Below are positions 36,014 to 64,000 of a stretch of 64,000 nt of DNA, piece by piece. The stretch spans positions 75,888,001 through 75,952,000 of the forward strand of contig NC_083277.1 in NCBI RefSeq assembly GCF_963506605.1, given 5' to 3'. The position numbers and the translations under genes were made by a program. This stretch comes from Zootoca vivipara (Eukaryota). The notes under the pieces are model-generated. The model was not told the origin of the DNA and ran no database searches. It saw nothing but the letters and a program-made list of their open reading frames with translations. Every line of letters begins with the position of its first letter. Within the stretch, counting starts at the first letter, position 1.

Positions 36014-36787
36014 ATGAGCGCGCAAGAGGCTGAGCATTGGAGGCTGGAGGCCGAAGCGGTGAAGCAGGAGATACGGAACCTGACAGCGCAGGCCCAGCAG
36101 CAATTGCATGCCGCTCAGGAGGAAGCGCGCGGGGCGCAGGAGGAGCTGAACAGGCTGGCACTGCCGGAGGACATGAGGGTGCACCCAGTGTTTCATAGAT
36201 CGCTGCTGTCGCCGTACAGAGAAAGTACCAGGTTCAGGGACAGCGATCAGCCTCCAGAGGGAGGAGGGGAAAGGGGAGAGACCCAGCAACTCAATGAGGC
36301 AACTGAGATTTTAGATTCAAGGAGAGGGGTGAGAGGGCTGGAGTACCTCATGGCATGGGAGGACACTCCGCCGTCCCACAATGAGTGGATACCGGCCACG
36401 GAAGTACAAGAGGAATTTTTAGTGGAAGAGTTCCATGCCCTTTTCCCCCACAGGCCCAAGCCCTGGCACATGGAAAGGGAGGGAGAGGGGGAGGAAGGGA
36501 GGAAGGGATCGCAGGCAGCAGCTCTCCATGGAGATGGGAAGCGGAATTTGAGGATACGGAAGAAGAGGTGTGGGTTTCACCGAGGTCGACTACGTCAGAG
36601 GCAGGAGAGGACTGGCAGAACATTTTTACTCCCACCAGTTCTGACGCCACAGACTTTTTGGGATTCCCGTCTTCTCAGGGGGAGGGGGAAAGATCGCAGG
36701 ATTGGGGAAAATTTTTTACACCCACAGGCTCTGATGCCACAGACTTCTTGGGGTTTCACTCGTCCCCAGCAAGCAGAGAGCCCCTAG
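36014..36787 (+). CDS. Retroelement ORF: coiled-coil (probable Gag N-terminus) fused to integrase C-terminal tail and chromodomain; C-terminal part probably out of its ancestral frame
   Basis: ATG 42 nt after the LTR; heptad-rich aa 1-46; RLALPEDMRVHPVFHRSLLSPY (integrase tail); ILDSRR..LEYLMAWED..SHNEWIP..V..FH (chromodomain, ~36293-36448). Confidence 0.7.
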   Translation: MSAQEAEHWRLEAEAVKQEIRNLTAQAQQQLHAAQEEARGAQEELNRLALPEDMRVHPVFHRSLLSPYRESTRFRDSDQPPEGGGERGETQQLNEATEILDSRRGVRGLEYLMAWEDTPPSHNEWIPATEVQEEFLVEEFHALFPHRPKPWHMEREGEGEEGRKGSQAAALHGDGKRNLRIRKKRCGFHRGRLRQRQERTGRTFLLPPVLTPQTFWDSRLLRGRGKDRRIGENFLHPQALMPQTSWGFTRPQQAESP

Positions 36788-36821
36788 GGAGGGGGGGAGA
36801 GGAGCCTGGGAGGGGGGTGGA

Positions 36822-37238
36822 TGTGAGGGACAAGGGATACAGGGAAGTCCCTCCCATCTTAAGTTCCAGCCCATCCCCAAGCGCTGGAGAGAGTAAGGAG
36901 AGCTCTGCCTCCAGCGGAGAGTCAGGAAGTGGTGTCCGAGGCTCAGGCAAGGTTGTGGAGCCCATGCCTCAGGTGGGGCAGGAAGTTGGGCGCACGGGGG
37001 GAAGGCCAATCCCCCCAACTCCCGAATTGCGACGCAAATGTAGGGGGAAGAGGTTGGGTCTCCCAAAGCTTTTGTGCTGGAAGAAAACGCGCCAATCGCC
37101 ATTCGGAGGTTCTGACACCTCACCTTAAGCATGTATATAGATCGTTCTGACCACTGTAAATAATCAGCACTTAATAAAAGCCTAAAAAGACTATGCTGGA
37201 GTCGTTACTCTAGAGTAGCCACATCAGGCCCTCTGACA
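36822..37238 (+). repeat. 3' LTR
   Basis: Direct repeat of 35556-35972, offset 1266 bp. Confidence 0.95.
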
Positions 37239-37708
37239 GCTATCCTGTGCTGGATAGAAATAAAGGTTCGATAGAGTGGTCCAGGGATGAGGAAGGCACA
37301 AGAAAGTGTAATGCTCCCACTTCCACTCAGCCTAAATCAAGCACTTCTAAGTCCCATTAAACTCCCCCCATGTTAAGTATGTTTGTGGTTCTCCCATGTT
37401 GAAATCAATGGGACTTGAAAGGGTGAAGCGCTTCATTTTCGCTCAATGAGGCCCCAACTTTGTAACAATTCTTGCTTCATAAAATGCATGTCACAATCCC
37501 ATTAGGTGGGATACGTACCCTGTCTTCTTTTCCTTTTTGTAAAAGCAGTTGCCTGCTTGCGGATCTCTGGTGTGGAATAGTGTGTGATGCTTGAATCTTA
37601 AGGCTGCATCAGCCCACCTGTTCTAAGAATACTGAATGTATTATTGCCTTAATGCTTTGGGCAACAAGAACAAAAGAGAGTAGAATTGGGGAAATAAGGC
37701 ATCTCTTG

Positions 37709-37900
37709 GGGCCTGTCCACACTTCTGCTTGTGCTGTGCCTAGAATGCGGTTTTCCACTTGCCCTGCTCCTTTCCAAGGGAAAACCCACTCTTTAGCGAT
37801 AGATCGGAGCAAATGGCAATTGCCCTTGCTCCAAATGAGCACCAAAGACCGGTTTTCCTAGGAGGGAAGCAGCTGGACAAGAGGAAGTGTGGATAAACCA
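37709..37900. mobile_element. Degenerate MITE, probably PIF/Harbinger-like
   Basis: GGGCCTGTCCACACTTC ... GAAGTGTGGATAAACC; homologous to 21531-21752. Confidence 0.55.
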
Positions 37901-38639
37901 TTGATGAAGATGTCTGTGAGAGCATCTTTTTTTTAAATGAAGGTTTTATTTAAGCAGAGAAGGGTCAGCATAACAGCCATGGATTGCTTTTTAAATTAAA
38001 ATGGCAAAAAGGGATATCAAGATTAGCATCTATTTTCTGCATTAAGAAAATAACAATGGGATGGAATGTGCAAGCTGGAAGTGTGTTACCGTATACATGA
38101 GAACAGCTTGCATAAACACAGGCCAGTGTTTGACTGCTGTAAGACTCTCTCCCCTTAGAATAATATAAGAAGTGTCTCTGAAACCAGTACTGTACTGTAT
38201 CCCTGAGAAATTATGCTGCCTCTCCTGACTCTGGAATTTCTTCCCTTCTGGACTCATTTCGCTTCGTACTTGTCTTCAGCGAGTTTGCTAGGAATCTATT
38301 TACCGTAGCTAATTTGTGAAGCATTTGGTATAACAAGCATCTGGACAGTGCATGGTGCTGTTCAAATAATCTCAAAGAAACAGATGAGTATCTTGCTGCC
38401 GAGCTATTCAAATATTCAGAAGTGGAGGGCCTCATAATGCATCAAGTTCATTAGGCAATGAGCCAGCTGCTTAGTAGATTGCATTGCAGTAGATAATATA
38501 TGTAATACCATCCGTCTGAATAGTATTGGGGAAGTGAGGAGACAAAAGCCACTGAGAAGAGCGCCATGTTGGCATGAGGGATTGTGCTCTGGAGAAATTA
38601 CCCAGCTCCTTCCTCGGTAGCTTCTTCCCTGGGGTAGTG

Positions 38640-38860
38640 ATGCAATGCAGTGGTAAATAGACTTAGCTATGAATCAGGAACTCCCAGGTTTGAATCTCTG
38701 CTCTGCACTCACAAGCAAGCAACTTGATCTCAGCTTACTTCCTCACCCCAGCCTTCTGCAACAAGGAATAATAACTTACCTTTCAGGGTTCGTGTAAGGA
38801 TTACAAATAAATGTTGCAAATGAAGGGTTTCGGTGCTATCCAAATGTCTGTTACCATCTG
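38640..38860 (+). mobile_element. MIR-like SINE fragment
   Basis: CAGTGGTAAATAGAC...CCCAGGTTTGAATC head; CTTACCTTTCAGGGTTCGTGTAAGGATTA tail. Confidence 0.5.
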
Positions 38861-39202
38861 CTTGCATTCCATGTAGCATTTGGAGCCTTGAGGAGTCGCA
38901 TATAGGAACCTGCAATGGAAAGGAGAACCCACAATCCTGTTACCGTATTACTCAGTGAATGTGGAATGTGCTCCTGGTGGCAGAGTTCAGCATCCTGGGA
39001 ATCTTTGTTTTGTTCTTATGTTTAAGTTTATGGCCCTTTGGAATTGCAAAGTTAGGCTTGAGATGCCAAGATTTCCACTGACAAGGGCTTTAGTGGCCTG
39101 CAACCCCTTGATTCTTTACGATTGGCAGAAGCAAATAGTCTGCTTCATTGGTACATTTTATGCAAGCCATTGGTTTTCTTGACTCAGGCAGAGTACACTG
39201 TA

Positions 39203-39628
39203 CAGTGGAACCTCGGTTTATGAACACCTTGGTTTACGAATTTTCGGTTTACAAATGCCGCAGACCCATCTGGAACGGATTAATTCACTTTCCATTACTT
39301 TCAATGGGAAAGTTCGCTTCAGTTTATGAACGCTTCAGTTTATGAACAGACTTCCGGAACCAATTACACCTATGCTTTGGGTTAAGTACGCTTCAGTTTA
39401 AGTACTCCACGGACCGTCTGGAACAGATTGATCCACTTTCCATTACTTTCAATGGGAAAGTTCGCTTCAGTTTATGAACGCTTCAGTTTAAGTACTCCAC
39501 GGACCGTCTGGAACAGATTAATCCACTTTCCATTACTTTCAATGGGAAAGTTTGCTTCAGTTTATGAACACTTCAGTTTATGAACAGACTTCCGGAACCA
39601 ATTGTGTTCATAAACCGAGGTACCACTG
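39203..39628. mobile_element. Tc1/mariner (Tigger-like) MITE, internally expanded form (426 bp) of the 13138 family
   Basis: Same TIRs and TA TSD as 13138-13325; three copies of an ~80-90-bp internal unit. Confidence 0.9.
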
Positions 39629-41630
39629 TATACAAAACCCTCCTTTTCATAGCAGTTGCTGTCTGTATTGCAGATGGCGACCGTTTTCTCTTTTGGAATG
39701 TTCTTGCCTGAATTCATCAGCAACCTTTCCAAACAAGCCGATTCCCCATCAAAAGGCTGACTTTTAAAAGTGGAAAGGTATTTCTTAACTATGTCGGGAG
39801 AGATGCACTTTATACCACTTTCTGAGGGTGAGGTGAATTCTCTTAAACAACACCCTCGTGTGCAGCTGGGTGTCAAGTTAAAACAAGCTGATCTGTTTAA
39901 GAAATTTAATTGTAGCCTCGTTTTATTCTTTGTCTGAAACTGCTTCCCTCCCCCGCCACTGCAAAACATTTATAAAACGGTGCTGTTTAATTTTGGGTTA
40001 ACTATGTTGTGTGCTGTAGTTTGCATGTTGTTCCCATGGGATGTTCTAAAGAGCAAGTGAGCCCTGGCTGAGTGCATAGTCAGTCATCATTGAGCCATGG
40101 AACAATATTTGGAAGAGCCTTTTAAAAGGAACACGATAATTAAAGGATGCAAGTTGTCAGAGCAGTGAAGAGGGCAGCACAAGAAAATGTGCCACTGTAT
40201 GGAGCTTGGCAGTCTTGCAGAATTATCTTTGGGAGATTGCTTCCCCATGTAAATGCGTTCCTCGAGGAGAGCTAGTTTGTACAAAGCATGCAAAAGCAGT
40301 GCTCTCAGGCTGTGGTGACTGCTCTGGTGAGGCATTTTACCTCAGTGTGTATGGGAGTGACCCTTCCATGAAAATAGGGAGACCTGAGGCACCTCTTCAT
40401 ATGCCCCTATCTTGAGGTGATAGCCCCATAATTCATCAGAATAAAACTATATCGCTGCCTCACCAAATGGAAGCGTCTTGTGTTGAGATTAAAGTGAGTG
40501 TTTACCTCTTTAAAGCACCCTCCACCAGCACAGCAAATACCTTGTGTTGTCGTTGGGAGGTGTTTTGCCCCTAGCATTCCACATCCCAAACAGAATCATT
40601 ACTACATTAATGGTACTAATGGTAGTAACGGTACTAATACTTGTGGTCACCTAACACAGGCCAGAGTGTTGCCTTACGCTAATATTGGGTGGAGGACCTC
40701 TGAAAATCCGGAGAGTTGGAGATCTCTATCAGACCAGTCTTTTGAAACATTTAACTGCTGTGTATGTTCAGTTGCTAATTTTTTTTAAGTCCATTTCTGA
40801 TCTTGTTTCCCCCGCCCACCATTGTTTATATTTGATATAAGATCATTTTCTGGAGATAGTACCCATATTTTGATACGAGCGGAGTAAGGCTGCAATGGCT
40901 GCACCCCATGCTCTGTTCATCCAGCAACCCAGCTACCACTTCCCTGCCTGCCATAGGGCAAAATCAGAATAAGGTTGACTGAAGCAGGTGGAAGAAGATG
41001 TGGAAATGCAGTAGGAAGTGCTTTGGTTGTAGCCTCCCTCAGTGTGCTAAAGGGTATAAGCAGGCACCTTCTGCAGGTGAGGAGGCCATGAGGAAATGGC
41101 AATTCTCTTCCCAAGTATCATGGAATTTGTCGCTTCTCCCTCTCCCTGCTCGCCTTGGCACACTTGATCTGGTCCATCTTTTATATTCCATACAGTGCTG
41201 ATGGAAACGACAGGAATCTAACTTGGAGTTCACCAATCCTTGGGGCCATTGGGCACCTTTGGAATTTTGAGAGTGTGCTGCGGTTACTAGTCACAAAATG
41301 GTAGCATAACACAAAATGACTGCCATGTCTAAGGGAGCAGAAAAAGAAACAGGAACACAAAACCATGTGAGTGTGCTCTCTGTCAGACCCCCATCAATGG
41401 AAAATGAACTTCTACACTACCACACTCACAGAGAGAAGCTTTTTGCCACTGCTCCTCTGTTCATAACAGAAGGGAGGGGAGGGTTGTCCAATTGAATTGT
41501 GGGCATGTTTAAGGAGCCATGTTCAGTGTGGGAGAGGCCAAGGCAGTGCAAACAGGAAGAGCAAACTGCCTCTTGTGCTCGGTGGATTTTTTTAGTCGAT
41601 AATTCCTGAGATCTTTCCCAGGTGCCATAG

Positions 41631-63878
<22,248 letters not shown>

Positions 63879-64000
63879 TAATTCGAAATAAAAACAACAA
63901 TAAACTGTAAAATGAAATTTTTTTTTTGAAATGAACGAAACCTAAAGATGGAAAATAATGTTTATTTTTGCATGCTTCCACTTTGTTGATATTTGAAAAT

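Larger units (their letters stand above)
35556..37238 (+). mobile_element. Non-autonomous Gypsy/chromovirus LTR retrotransposon, 1683 bp
   Basis: Two 417-bp TG..CA LTRs, 5-bp TSD GCTAT (35551-35555, 37239-37243), polypurine tract GGGAGGGGGGTGGA before the 3' LTR, integrase-tail and chromodomain peptide inside. Confidence 0.95.

Overview
Vertebrate genomic DNA, almost certainly a squamate and probably a lacertid lizard (Sauria-type and Squam3-type SINEs, BovB, lizard-type L1/L2/CR1 ends). The only host gene I can support is AFAP1L1 on the + strand: 15 consecutive internal coding exons (41716-63696, 1971 nt, all GT-AG, phases consistent) encoding the Pro-rich region, two PH domains and the start of the coiled coil. 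The first coding exon was not located and the last exons lie beyond the window. The first ~41 kb are repeat-rich non-coding DNA. Notable elements there: (1) a Penelope-type remnant with three minimal hammerhead ribozyme motifs (two tandem, one inverted) nested in a hAT MITE; (2) a near-intact L2-clade LINE with one 1-nt frameshift whose 5' end is a higher-order tandem array; (3) a 1.68-kb young non-autonomous Gypsy/chromovirus element with an 11-nt self-priming PBS, an in-frame Gag-N/chromodomain fusion, duplicated acidic FxGF motifs and a protein-coding U3; (4) many MITEs with readable TSDs, one packed with ETS/YY1 motifs. Family names come from recognition of sequence features, not from database searches.
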